Source: Sphyrna mokarran
Lineage: Eukaryota
NCBI GenBank assembly: GCA_024679065.1
Contig: JAGIQG010000002.1
Coordinates: 82,894,001-82,958,000 of the forward strand
DNA: 64,000 nucleotides
Direction of reading: 5' to 3'
Shown here: positions 11,820 through 24,560 of the stretch, piece after piece
How the letters are laid out: each line of letters opens with the position of its first letter
Position numbering within the stretch: position 1 is the stretch's first letter
Translations under genes and position numbers: made by a program
The notes under the pieces: model-generated
The model's input: only the letters and a program-made list of their open reading frames with translations
Told to the model about the DNA's origin: nothing
The model's database searches: none

Positions 11820-12280
11820 CCTAAGACAGTCCATTCACTCCTGTAGTCATCAAGGTCACCATCATGCTGAATTTTTATGTATCTGGTTCGTTTCAGTGTA
11901 AGCTGTGGCTTGGGTGGCATTTCACAGTTGGCAACTCATCATGCCATCAGGAATCACTAATGGACAACGAGCCATATTCTGTAACAGGAATGGATTCCAC
12001 TCATTGAATGTGCAGGTGTTCTGTTAACACAAAAAGCATATTTAGAAGGTCTACATTCAGTTCCAGTGAAGCTGTCCTGATATCTTCATCCTGCAAGAAT
12101 CCTGCATCTCTTCAGGTCAACATTCAGACCCTCTGGATGGCTACTGGGGGTAAAAGTTATCCCTGAGGAGGCGGCTCTTAACATCCGTCCCATATCCAGA
12201 CACGGAGACACAGAGGTATTACAACCAGAACCAACTACTCACATGTATTTGCAATGAGCAGACATTTATATTGCCCTTAA
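11820..12280 (+). pseudogene. PIF/Harbinger (HARBI1-like) DDE transposase remnant
   Basis: Across frameshifts: PVVIKVTIMLNFYVSGSFQ, GISQLATHHAIR, RNGFHSLNVQVFC, SCPDIFILQES, GWLLG-KSYP, YNQ...EQTF; collinear with Harbinger transposase motifs. The IDC segment is deleted. Confidence 0.85.
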
Positions 12281-13445
12281 GAATGAACCAGCAGTTGTCT
12301 GTTGCATGCTCTGTTAAAAGAGCTTTGGAGTTCCATGAGGAGAGGGTTGGATACACAACTCTTTCTCAGAGGGTGATGGTGAGTAGAAAGAAATGGAAAA
12401 ATGGAAGGATGAAGGTAGCATTACAGAGAAGCACAGTACCCACACAATTAAGGGAGACCACTGATAACCATTCCAGCCTTCACAGCAATTAGTGGCTGAC
12501 ATGTCCCCAGGGTTCACATTAATTCAACAATGCTTCGCCTGAGTGGCTTCCAGGTTTATATCAGATGACTTCCAATCTAGCCTTGAATCACTGAGACTTG
12601 TTTTCCAACCAGCACATAATCAGTACAATCCCATTCTTACTCAAAGAAGTGGAGGATGGTGTCTCCACCATCCCCATCACCTCACTTCATAGATTCAGCA
12701 TCCACAACAAGTGCATTGTTACTCCATTCCCTAAATCACCCTCAGTATTCTTCATGCAATCCATGAATATACAGAAGTCTCAGCGATACCATCAAACAAT
12801 ATTTTTATAACCACATAAATAGGGACAACATAAGCAGAGCATACATCACCCAGGTGACCCTTAAAATGTAAATAATTGCATTCTTTCCCACTCTTATTCA
12901 GTAATCTCCCTAAAGAAGAGGTAGAAGCAACCTGCTCCAGTGTACCTGCATCCAGCTGAGATGTCCATGGTTTTAACACTTGTTGGCAATGGCCACTGGG
13001 CCTCTTTCACAGGCTGCTGCAGTTGCTTCATCCTGGCTTGCAGCAAGGATAGCTCCTGAGTCAGAGGAGCTGAGAAGGAAAGCAATGACACTGGTGTCTC
13101 CAGTTCAGCAATTGTTTGATGTCCAGCATCAAACAGCAATCCACAATGAGAAACTACAGAAGTGAAATTTGTTTGCACTAAAGGAGAATAATGAGGAAAT
13201 CATGATTCTTAAAGGTTTCAGTAAATGGATCTTTGAAAAACTGTCCATCACGGCCTTAAAAATGTCACTGAGGATGAATGGAATGCAACTGAAATGAAAG
13301 ACAGTTTCACAGATAGTTTTGAATGCTTAAAATGTATTGCCCCATGGTGGTGATCAATAACATCAATAATCTTAAGATGGTGTAGGGCTGGCATTTGGTG
13401 AGAAATGAGGGATGTAAATAATGGACTATATTCTCTGTTTTGAAA

Positions 13446-13772
13446 TTTGATTTTGATTTGATTTGAGTTATCATTGTCACATGTACTAACATACAGTGAA
13501 AAGTATTGTTTCTTGCATGCTATATAGACAAAACATACCATTTACAGAGAAGGAAACAAGAAAGTGCTGAATGTAATGTTACAGTCATAGTTAGGATGTA
13601 GAAGATCAATTTAATGCAAGGTAAGACCATTCAAAAGTCTGACTGCAGCAGGGAAGAAATCGGTTGGTACGTGACCTCAGACTTTCGTATCTTTTTCCTG
13701 AAGGAAAAAGGTGGAAGAGAGAATGTCTGGAGTGCATGGGGTCCTTAATTATGCTGGCTGCTTTGCCGAGGC
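13446..13772 (-). mobile_element. Rex1/Babar LINE 3' end
   Basis: CLGKAASIIKDPMHSRHSLFHLFPSGKRYESLRSRTNR (ORF 13606-13854); (CAAAT)n tail. Confidence 0.85.
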
Positions 13773-15404
13773 AAAGATCTAGAACTGACCGGTTAAGTCT
13801 ACTTAGTACCTCCCTATGTTTCTTTGCACATATGATCATCATCACATTTCTCAATATAATGATTGATTAGTATTATCTTTGGTTGCCAACCCATGACAGA
13901 TCATGTAAAAAAACTAAATATAACATTAGATCTGATAAATAATTTGCATCTTTTATCAGCTTTAAACATCCAGGTGTGATTTTTTCATCAATGAATTCAG
14001 CTAGCAAAAAAATTGTGCCTTCACACATTGATGAATTGCACATTGATTTTTATAGATTTTTTTTCAGTTGCTAATACTTTACATTTTTACTGTCCAGAGC
14101 TTTAATACAGAGGGAATAAAACTTAACATGTAGCTACATAGCCATCTGTGAAATAAATGCCTAGTTAATTAAATAACTTAAATGATGATAGTAGTGAATT
14201 CTGTAAATTAATCTAGGTTTTTTCAGAATACAATACTCTTCACAGGGAGCAACACACAGCCGAGTCCTGCTGTGTGGGTAAACTAGTGACTCAGGTTTAA
14301 TATTAACTTCAGCTCAGAGCATGAACTCCAGCAAACCAATCAAAGGAGCTCCACAGGGAACATCAGTTTCAGCCACTCGAATTTCTGTATTTCAGTAATC
14401 CTATCAGTTCTAAATAACTCACTTTAAAGAGAGGTTCTGGCTGCAAACTCTAGGTTCCTTTCCGAATGACAAGTTCATTCAAGAAATGCAAAAACAATAT
14501 AAATCACTACTGTCAAAAATCTCTTTGTAAATGACATTTTGACGAAGAACTATTTGTTCAGAAAGTAGATTGAATCAATGCTGCAGTTGCTGCTACTGCT
14601 GCTTTAGAATTTGGGCATTTGACTCACAAAATTAGTGGCGTCAAGGCATTATGTCGTTAGTATGAATAATCCCTAAAATATAGATTGACATTCTTTTTAC
14701 CATTTCTGCATTCAGTGATGATATTTTTGTACAACTAGGCAAAAAGTATACACCACTCAGCAGCTATGATACTTGCAGTCTTCCAGACTGGCGCCACAGG
14801 ATTAACAATGACTCTCATTATACACTAATGGCCCTTGTAAAGATTGTAAGGAATTAAGAGCACATTCAATACTGACCTGTTGATTATTAATGTTACACTG
14901 AATTTTCCTCACCTCTTTGAATGTACTAGCCTCGGTTGATTCTTTTTGATTGCTGATCTCTTGTAGAACAGTTTACAGCTGGGTGAGGCATCCAGCAGTC
15001 CCACTCTTGAAATAATGGTGAGAAAATGCCTGATAGTGATCTAGTAATAAAGCTCTAATTCTCATCTTGTAAAAAAATGGGGCAGTACAGGGTAGCTCTG
15101 ATCCATGATTAATCTCCACATCTTTCTTGCAGTGCAAGCAGCACACAGACTTTGTTTGGTCTGTTCATCTACATGACTATCGCATGCAACCAGTATCTAG
15201 CATGTTTTGAGTGACTACTCATCTCAGCAGGAAGTGAGAAATCATGAGATACCAGCATAAGTTCAAGCTAACCTGCAGTAATTAAAGCTGAATGCACATC
15301 TCAAAGAGGACGTGCATTTTGATCAAAACCAGATAGGAAGGCATTCTACTAGTGACATTAACCAGGGAAAGACATAAGAATTGCACAGCAAATCTTAAAG
15401 TCAG

Positions 15405-15915
15405 ATCCATGGTTCTCAAACACATTCTTTGTGGATTTGTGTGCAGGAGGTAGGCAGGAAGAGAGAGATCATCTATCCATAGGAGGCCTTACAGTTTGAC
15501 AGTGCGGAGGCAGTTGAGTAGATAGCCAATGCAGTCAGTACCCAGCAATCCATATCCAAAAATGTGGATACAGTGCCACAAGAGGTTTATTGTACTCATA
15601 GAAGTAGCCAAGGTCAATGGATGCATTTTCAAATTACATATCCAAACAATTGAATCATTAACCTCTGACACTGCTCAGTTTACCTCTTCATTTAACGCAT
15701 CTACCAACAATCTTTATTACACGTGACTCATAACTTACACTCATAATTTCACCTTACCCTCAGGCAGTTCACATTACTGCAAGCCACACATTCACATTAT
15801 GCTCAGAATATATACATCAACAGCACATCACCCAAAAGTATTGCATCATGTTCATTAGTACAGTTCCCCTCCTTTGCAGGAGATGGTGCAGTTACAGACA
15901 GCAGTTAACGGATCG
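15405..15915 (+). pseudogene. Myb/SANT-like DNA-binding gene remnant (Harbinger partner ORF), two exons
   Basis: PWFSN..VQEVGRKREIIYP..MWIQCHKRFIVLIEVAKV resembles APRFS..RRDVLYP..TWxQCRKKFNDL; acceptor tttgcag at 15873-15879 followed by GAGATGGTG (EKVAHN-like exon). Confidence 0.7.
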
Positions 15916-16207
15916 AGGAAAGGAACAATTGTTTGCCTTCACTCTCAATGCATTCTGTCATTTTCAGATGGAATAATGAGGGAAATTGGAAAAGAGGAGC
16001 AAGGAGTGGGGAAGATATGAAGTTTCTCCTGCATAGTTCAGGATATCACTGAAACATGTCAATAGTCTAAAATACAGCAAAGAAGAAGTGAGAGAATCTT
16101 TGAGAGGGTTTGATCGCACTAGAGGATCAAAAGCTTGTTTTGCCTAATTGTTTGTCTCTCACGAGAAATTACACATTAAGTTGGTGTTGAGACCATGTAG
16201 GTACACA

Positions 16208-17100
16208 GGCCTGGATTTTCACTCCCAAAGTAGATGAGCAGAGTTGGAAAGTTTTCCAGCTTGTCACATCAGGGTTGGGAAAATATAGCCAAAATTGTTG
16301 CAAAGCGTTGAGGTAGGCTGGTTAAAAGTCCCATTTTGGTTCTCTGGGACTCTGTCCCAATTGTTTATTTAATATTAGGCTTCCAGCCCTCACATCTCCT
16401 CACACCACCCCCCCCCCCACCATCGTAACAAACTCACGCCAACTCATGCCCCTTCACCTGCCCCAAAAATTCCTCATGCCCTCCATGCTAGCCCATATCT
16501 TTCCACTCATCATCATCGCCTCATATAGCCCCTATGTCAACTTAGTGCCAACACATGATCCACCTTTACCCTTTTCCTTATATCCTCCATGCAATACACA
16601 CAGTATCCATCTTGGGCAGATCTCAGAAGCCACTGTGAGATAAAATAAAAGTTCCAAGTACGTATTACAATTATTCTATTATTATTCTAAATCTGTTATT
16701 TACAACATTTAGAAATGTTCTCATTGTTAAAAGCCCAATCATTATATTTAATCCTCTCAAGCAGTTAATCTCTTCTAGAAACAATCATCTTTCTTCATAA
16801 CTACACAGCAAATACAGCAAATCCCTTAATAATGTCATGGAGTAATCAGTCAAATAGTGAATCAATAGCCCTTCACAATGATAATAACAGATCATAGATG
16901 CAGCCAGGAAGTAATCATGTAATATTAATCACACTTAGTTTCATGTTAACAACTGGGCCATGCAACTGCAAGTACTGAGTTATTTCAACTCAGGGGCACA
17001 GGCAGGCTATTTTAGTTGAAATTTAAAGGGCAAGAGAATTAAATATCTTTGCAACTTGACACCGCCACTGTCTTATAAGAGTATTTACCTCTGCTTTAAA
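16208..17100 (+). repeat. Unclassified interspersed repeat (copy 1 of 3; others near 34230-35030 minus and 42610-43500 plus)
   Basis: Shared blocks gccaact(t/c)..tgccaac, cc..gggcaga.ctca, gaga..aaataaaa, and tttcaactc..gg.cacagg across the copies. Confidence 0.6.
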
Positions 17101-17950
17101 AGATTGTAAGTCAGATACTGTGAGGTAAAGCCTTCAATCCAATGCAAGAGTGGTCCACTTAATCTCAGCACTGAGTTCAAATAGCCCTGTTGGGTTGGAT
17201 TTTCCTCTATGCACAAGCCACATACTATATCTATTCCCTTTTGACAAAACTAAGAAATAAGGATGGGAATTCTGGATCCAGGGTCCTGGTGACCTTTGGA
17301 TAAAGCACAAAGTCTCCACAGAAATCTTGGTCAGAGTATCTACATGAATGAAGATGTTTCCCATTCTTTTTCTATATTTATACATTCACTGACCTAGCTA
17401 TAAATTGTGCATCCATTTACTGAAAATGTCAAGAGAATATTCTAAGAATTGAATAATCAATATTGTACACACTCATAGAAATGGTCAATGTGGGTATGCT
17501 CAGCTGAACTGATTGCGATTACAAAATCATATTTCAGCCGAAGGATGTGACCTCTAAAAATGCCATATTCTTTTAGTATGGCACTAAATTGTCAGAGATT
17601 ATGGGCAGAATTATTTGGTTGATGGGGTTTCTGCCCTGCCACCCAAACAGTCAGCAAGGAATGCATTCCCACCAATACTCATTGCCCAGCTGCCATTTAA
17701 TGTTTGCTAAGGCTTTGATTGGTTAAGTGTGAGACTTCCAATCCCATCTGGAGAAGAAGTCCCACCTTAAAGAGTTATTGGACAAGCAAATGACCGGCAG
17801 CTCTGTAGTCCTGACAGCGCTACATTTGACTGATGATCATTACTGGGACACTATCAATCTCTAAATCAGAGGCTGTTTTAAGGTAAATCCAGAGTTTAGG
17901 TGAAACCTGACTAGCAGACGTCAAGAAAAGCTATCTGCTTGGCATGGAAT

Positions 17951-18110
17951 TCCAAAAGATGCATTGGTTTGGTGAATTGGCCATGCTAAATTCTCCATCA
18001 GGCATAGCTGAACAGGCACCGGAGTATAGTGACTAGGGGATTTTCATACTAACTGCATTGTAATGTTAATATAAGCCTATTTGTGACTAATAAATCAACT
18101 TTAACTTTAA
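17951..18110 (+). mobile_element. V-SINE 3' half, Rex1-like tail
   Basis: attggccatgctaaattctcc...gactaggggattttca...ttgtgactaataaatcaactttaacttt. Confidence 0.85.
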
Positions 18111-18395
18111 ACACCTGTTATGGGTAAAATGGTTATGGGGGCAGGATGAAGCACTTAAGAGGCTTGTGAGCCCTGATGCCCTATTCCTCCTCCTATTTTT
18201 AATATTTCTAATATGAGTTGTATAATTCTACCTATGTGTTTATGTGCAGGATGGATTCTAAAGCCACAGTCCTCTGATTCAGAGTGAAAATATGAAAAAA
18301 ACCTCAAACCACACAGTCCCTAAAGACGAATAGCACAAGCTACTTTTGGGCACAAATTGGATTATTTGGGTTTATGATATGCAGAAATATGTAAT

Positions 18396-18729
18396 CATGG
18401 TCTGCACAGTGTTGAGTACTGCTGCCTCACAGCTTCAGGAATCTGGGTTCAATTCCAGCCTTGGGTGACTGTCAGTGTGGAGTTCGCCCTGGGTCTGCAA
18501 GAGTTTCCTCCAGATTTTCCGGTTTCCTCTCACAAATTGGCCATGCTAAATTGCCCCTAAGTGTCTAAAGATGTGTAGATTAGGACGATTAGTGGAGTAA
18601 ATATATGGGATTATGGAGATAAGGCGGAGAGTATGGATGAACCAGGGTAAGATACTTGGTTGGGGAGTCGGTACAGATTTAATGGACTGAATGACTGCTT
18701 GTACACTGCAGGCATTCTATAATTCTATG
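18396..18729 (+). mobile_element. V-SINE, CR1-tailed
   Basis: gcacagtg..tactgctgcctcacagc..gggttcaattcc; tail acactgcaggcattctataattctatg. Confidence 0.9.
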
Positions 18730-19628
18730 GTGAGATTTTTAAAAGAACTCTGAAAAATCCTCCTTCCAATTGGGTATCAGTTAGAAGCAGTGCTCATGGA
18801 AGAAAAGAATGCATATATTTATGGCCTGCACTCAATGTTTAGGCGCTGCTCCCTGTAGCTAGCTGGAAAATAAGAGCTGAGTTCACCTTGGATGACTCTC
18901 AAAGACATAAGTGTTTCAGGCAATTAACTGCCTGCAGTCATGTCTTCTGCCCCTCAGAAGGAGAATATTCCTGCCTCCAAGATCATCTGGTCAGAAGATG
19001 AGAACGGAGAGGTGTCAATCGGTAAGGTCAGAAGTAGCGGGGTCCTCCAGAAAGGGTACCATTTGTCATTGATTTTACCCACAGCAAGGGTTTAAAGTTA
19101 AAGTTAAAGTTGATTTATTAGACACAAATAGGCTCCATATAATATGTAGACTGCTTGATCAGAAGCTCCACCACCAGCCCCCCCAAAACAAACAAGTCCC
19201 CAGGGAGATTTTAATGATCAGACTTTCTAGGTGACAAAATGTCCAGTCACACTTGGTAAAGTCGGTATGGGTAGGAAGGGGCCCTGCAGTGGCCATTAGT
19301 CTGCCATCTATCCCACTACTGATGAATTAACAGTGGAAATGTGAAGGCGATGGACATGTCATCTTCACCCCACTCCTCCTCAACCTGCTCCAACTTAATT
19401 ATACACCTTCCCTGTACCCAGCTCCCTGCCCGCTGTCCAGCATCATTTCAGCCCATGAAGTACAAGACAGCACAACAACAATAAATAGTCTGCACATTTA
19501 CACTCAGATCAACCATATTTGTAACGTTTAAGAACCACCTCAGAAAAAAATCCCTCATTCTGTTTCCTGCTTCAAACTGTTGGTGGAAATTTTAACTCAA
19601 GATACAACCTGAGTCTTCCTCAGATAAT

Positions 19629-19757
19629 GGGCAGAATTTACTCCAGACAGTGTGGAGGTCTCACTGGGTCAAGCAATGCCCATTAAGTATTAAATGGTTG
19701 TGGGGGAATCTGCCAAGGCAGTGGGCAGGAAAACCAATGCAACATAAAACCTTATCC
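19629..19757. mobile_element. Harbinger-type MITE
   Basis: Degenerate TIRs gggcagaattta / taaaaccttatcc; aat on both sides. Confidence 0.5.
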
Positions 19758-20583
19758 AATGAGTATTGATTTGTATAACATTTTTGCTGATGGTTAAATC
19801 TTATGTAAGTATTAAAGAGATAATGACTATATCTGTTCCATTGTTACCCATTTAATGGCAGCTTAACCACACAATGGGCAAAATTTGCTTTTCTAAGTGG
19901 TGCTGTCAACTACACAGTGAAGAGTGGAAATAGGGTGTAGTGATCATTCCCACTCCTAGTGACAGGGTTTCTAGAACCTCACATTGATGAAGGATTACGT
20001 TCCCTTGTGAAGCACTACCTCCACAAACATCAAAATAAGAAATTGCATTTACAGAACACTGTTATATCAGAAACATTCTTATTGTAATTAACAATAGTGA
20101 GGGTTGTGAGTCCCTCTCCACGGCCTCAAGCCTGTTGTGTGACCTACAGTGTCCTGATCGGTATGTAACTATTCCTCTTTTAAACAAATCTGATCTGATG
20201 CTTATGCTGCTTAATTCAGCAAAACAAAATCCCGAGACAAATCATCCAGCTCTGCTCACTGTTGAGATCCTGCCAGCAGCCTCCAATGTTTTTTTTATGC
20301 CAGAATTAAATTGGAGACATTAAGATGATGTGGGAATAAAGTAAGTCCCACATAAAACTCTGACATTCCACGTTAATTTCTGCTTAATAATCAGCTGACA
20401 CCGAAAATAGACCAAACTCAGTTGGCTTGTGAGTTTCTGTTACGAAATACCAGTGTTTTGTTCTGCTTAGGAGCCTGGACTAAAATCAATGGCCCTCATT
20501 AGTGCAAAATCACAAAATTACTGCTCCTTATTCATGCAATTTTTCTACTGCAAGTTGTAGCAGACTGATTAGATGCCCCTATT

Positions 20584-20706
20584 GGGCAGAATCTTACTAT
20601 ATTTTTTCCAGTGGGAAAACTGATAAGTATCCCATCAATAGCAGGAAATTTTATAGAACATTCAGCCACTTCAAGAAAATTTTTACCCTTGTGAATCAGA
20701 TTGCCC
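20584..20706. mobile_element. Harbinger-type MITE
   Basis: TIRs gggcagaatct / agattgccc; att on both sides (20581-20583, 20707-20709). Confidence 0.6.
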
Positions 20707-20719
20707 ATTGCAGGTCTCC

Positions 20720-23250
20720 CACCTACACTCTCTCCACCTGTCTCTTCGGAGGCTAAATCCAAACACAACTGATGTGAGTGGACACAGCCTGTCAGAGTCA
20801 TGCCCCAGCTGAGAACCCAAACCCCTTTTGAGGAGACAGCTCTTGATTGAGGAGCAGGACCACATTTACGCAGAGGATGAGGTGGGTCAAGAGACAAAAC
20901 TGAGAATCCTGAAGGCACACAGTCATGGGAAAAGCCTCTCGTGAGTTAACTTTCTCCCATCAGTTATCCCCCATGAAGCACTAATGCCATCTCTCTTCTC
21001 TTACAAGTCAGTAAGGCAACCAGCCCATACTTTCCCCATCCCCTCTAGAGACCACAGGCATGAGCAGCTTCAATGGAGATATCTCAGAACCGAGCAGAGA
21101 AGAGGTTTCACAACTATCATCCACATCCTCCACCAACACAAATACTTACCTTGATGGATTCCATAAGTAGGTAGGCTTCTGGGTCACTCACTTGTGAGCA
21201 CCTCACAAATGAAGATCTGCAGCAGCAGAGACAGTGATGTCCCAGGGAACTTGCACTCAGAGGGATGGCAAAGCTCATGACTCTGTAGAGCCCCTAACCG
21301 ATGCTGTGCCCCTGGGTCTGGTCATCCCAGAGCTGCTGGGCTATCAAGGCAGAGTCAGGAAGGATAACAGAATCCCTCCTCATACTGCAAAGCTGACAGA
21401 ATAAGTCCCATTGTCCTCTGTCCGAGGGGATTGTGCCGTTACTCCAACACAGTGAGGCCAACACTGCAACGGTGGCATCAGCAATGGAAATGTTGGTGCA
21501 GGATGTGCACTCCATGGGGGAGGGAATGTTCTTCAATGATTCAGCTCATGATCTCTCTGGCTGAGGGCATGACCTCCATAGTGTAGGGCTTCAATGGAAT
21601 CCACAAGTGTCAGTGCCAGAAGATAGAGGGATTCCTGAATCTCAAGCCAACTGCTCCTTTGTCCCATGGAGGAACTCCTGGGCACCGAAACGGGAGAGAA
21701 TCAGCAGGGGTGCAGCTAAGACCGTCCACCAAGAGTTCCTGGGGGAATCCAACCCACCTGAGACCTCCATCCCTGTGAACATCACACCTCCAGCCCTGCA
21801 CACTGCAACATCCCTGCAGCCCAAAAGTAGGCCCGGATCCTTAAGGTCCAGGCCTAGAACCACGCACTCACCAAGATATCTCAAGCAACAGGTATGAAAG
21901 TCAGTAGGCTGCCTCAACCTCAGCTGTTGATCCTGGGGATACACCTGGATGTAACAGGAGGGTGAAAAAGAATAAGAAACACTAGACACCTAGTGGGCAT
22001 GGGTGAATCTAAGCATTAGAAGAGATAAGTCACCATTGTAATATTGCTCTTGTATTAAACCTCACTTTGTTCATTTACAGATCCTCCACTCTGTCTTTTC
22101 ATGTTGCCATGTTCAGCAACCCCCCACGTACACTTGGGTTTCATCCTTTTGGAGTGTGAGAATGCAGTGTTACGTCTTTCACACCTCCCAAACTGATGAT
22201 TCAGTAAAGACATGTTGCTCCTGGTATGGGGACCCTCCTCCTACTCATCATCCCTGGATACACTCCCTCCAACCATTCATCCATGGAAAGTGGCAACCCC
22301 TCAGCATCGATGTTCAGGCCTCTCATGCCTGCCACTCTTCTCCACTGCTGAAGAGACCAAGAATTGTCAGTGTTGAGAGGCTGTCCACCTCAGATGTAAG
22401 TTGGAGGAAAGCACCAAGATCCCTGACCTGGAAGGGGACAGGATTAACTGAGATAAGTCATCCAGTGTTTCTGTATCCCATGATAAGCCCATTTCTTGGC
22501 AGGATGTGTTCAGCACTCTGTATGGCAGAAATCAGGCAGATTGCCGACGATGAAAGGAGAATTGCTGTGTCATAAATACAAGTCATCATCACTCTCCTGC
22601 AGAATTAGACCGATGACTTTAGAGTGCTATCCATGAACGTAGGCACCATTATAAGGACTTTCCACTGGCAACACAGTTGATGTCGATGAAAGAGCTCTTT
22701 ATTCCCTGGTCCTGATTGTTCCCAAACAAGAACAATGAGAGCGTCCTTAGTCCTTAGCCCCATGCGAGCCATGCCCTTTGCCCAAGATCTTTCTTCATTC
22801 CCTGCCTTCACATATTGACAATCAATACTTTCCTCAACCTCTCTTCATCCACGGAAATGTAGCGATTCCCCATCTCCTCCTGGTCCAGTGACTCTCCCAG
22901 GGCACTGTCAAGTGTCCACCCTGGAGAGTCTCAGCGGTATCTAACCCTGACCATTCCCCCATCCCCCCGCTCCCCCAATAAGTGTGAGGGCTTAGAACAT
23001 TTGGATGCATGCATTGGACCAATGTTTTAACATCACAAGGGACTTCAGTGCTGCTCCTGTCACCAATAACATGATGTTAAAAGGATGTTTCCAGGCTTCC
23101 TTGGTATTTTTCTCATTACTCCATTGGCCAAGGGAATTGAAAATTGAAAATCGTGAATCCACCGATGAGATTCATGTTTTCTGATTCTGTCTGATTTTGC
23201 ATTTGCATCAACAACTGCACGTGGCTAACACAGGGTCAAAATTGCCTTCA
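20720..23250. mobile_element. Large, heavily decayed GC-richer element, probably Harbinger-derived
   Basis: Compositional shift; weak PFQ..DLG..Q similarity to the transposase on the minus strand near 22400; ends in the TIR-like caaaattgcc. Protein motifs are not clean. Confidence 0.35.
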
Positions 23251-23266
23251 TTATTTTTGTAACAAG

Positions 23267-23391
23267 TGGTGGAATTTTATGGCCTCCATCTGGCAGGATA
23301 TCCCAGTCTCATTGAGGTCAATGAACTTTTGAACAACTTGTTGTATTTTCTGGCTCCACCCTCACCACAACAGGGCTGTAAAATTCCACCC
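23267..23391. mobile_element. Harbinger-type MITE
   Basis: TIRs ggtggaatttta / taaaattccaccc; internal gaggtcaatgaacttt shared with the 30347 and 56868 copies. Confidence 0.7.
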
Positions 23392-23743
23392 AAAAATTGG
23401 CTCATGGTTTGATAGTGTGCAATTTGTTAGACCTCTGTATACTGAACATACTGTTGTCATTTTGGAACACTGGTTCATAAACCTTATCCCCTGTCTGTCT
23501 ACCTCCAAATGCAGGAAAATGTATCAAATGATCTGAAAATGCCAAAAATCTAAATTTTCTTATGTTTCTTTGTATTTCAAAATTGAAATGTGGTGGGTGA
23601 TGCCCCCAAAACACTTCTAACTGTCGAATTCCCATAAAAACTGGAATAAATTCCATTACTTTTTTCAGTAGGAGTTTCAAATTGAATTTCCCACACTTTG
23701 TGCCCTGCTGAGTGCCTAAACATTAATACCATTAAAAATCTGT

Positions 23744-24560
23744 GGGCAGAACCTATTCCCATTGCACAAACCAGCAACATAGTGCTGAATGGGCTGCTAT
23801 GCATGCCGATCTGTCAGTGACAAGATTGACAAATGTGCACACACTGCTTGCCATCTGAGAGCAGGGTAGCCCCATGACACACTATCACTGGCTATGCAAC
23901 ACTTCCATGACCCAATCGCTGGCCCCCTGGATGTGGCTGGCCAGCCTTGACCCCGCTGCCGGCCATCTCGATGTCTCCCTCCGACCCCACTGGCAGTCCC
24001 AATTCCGCCCACTCACTGACAGCCCCAACCCCATCCTTCCCCCAGTTCTGAACATCCCTCAACACCACCAACACCCCCCCGCCCCCACAGCCCAGAACCT
24101 CACACCACTCTGATATCCAGCCCTGATTAGTGGCCTCCCTCTCTCTGTAATTGATCCCAATGCAAACTGGCAGCGGGATGCTCCATCCCCACTGATCTCC
24201 CCTCCAGATGCTCTGCCTCCATTAGGCTCCACCCTGTTAGACCCCATCCCATTGGCATTGCCGATGCCCAGTGGGCAGTGCCGAAGTGCCCCCTTGGGCC
24301 TTGCCAATTTACTCCTTGAGCAGTCCCAGGGAGCCAGAGTGGCACTGTCAAGCTGGAAATGTGCAGGAGGACCCTCGCTTACATCTGACCCTCTGGAGGC
24401 TTCAATGGCCCCACTTCACTTCAGTGGGGTCCCGCCACCAGCTTCCCCAAGTGGGATGTTATTATAAGTGGAGTGAAACTCTCCTGGCAAGGATAGCTGA
24501 AAGAAGCATGGATGAGGGTCAACTCTGCAAGTTGATGATATATTAGGAAAGCTTTTATGA
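23744..24560. repeat. GC-rich non-autonomous element (related copy at ~28245-28990)
   Basis: Starts gggcagaa; gcatgccgatctgtcagtg matches gcaccgatctgtcagtg near 28415; internal ggca(c/g)tgcc repeats and C-rich tracts. Confidence 0.5.
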
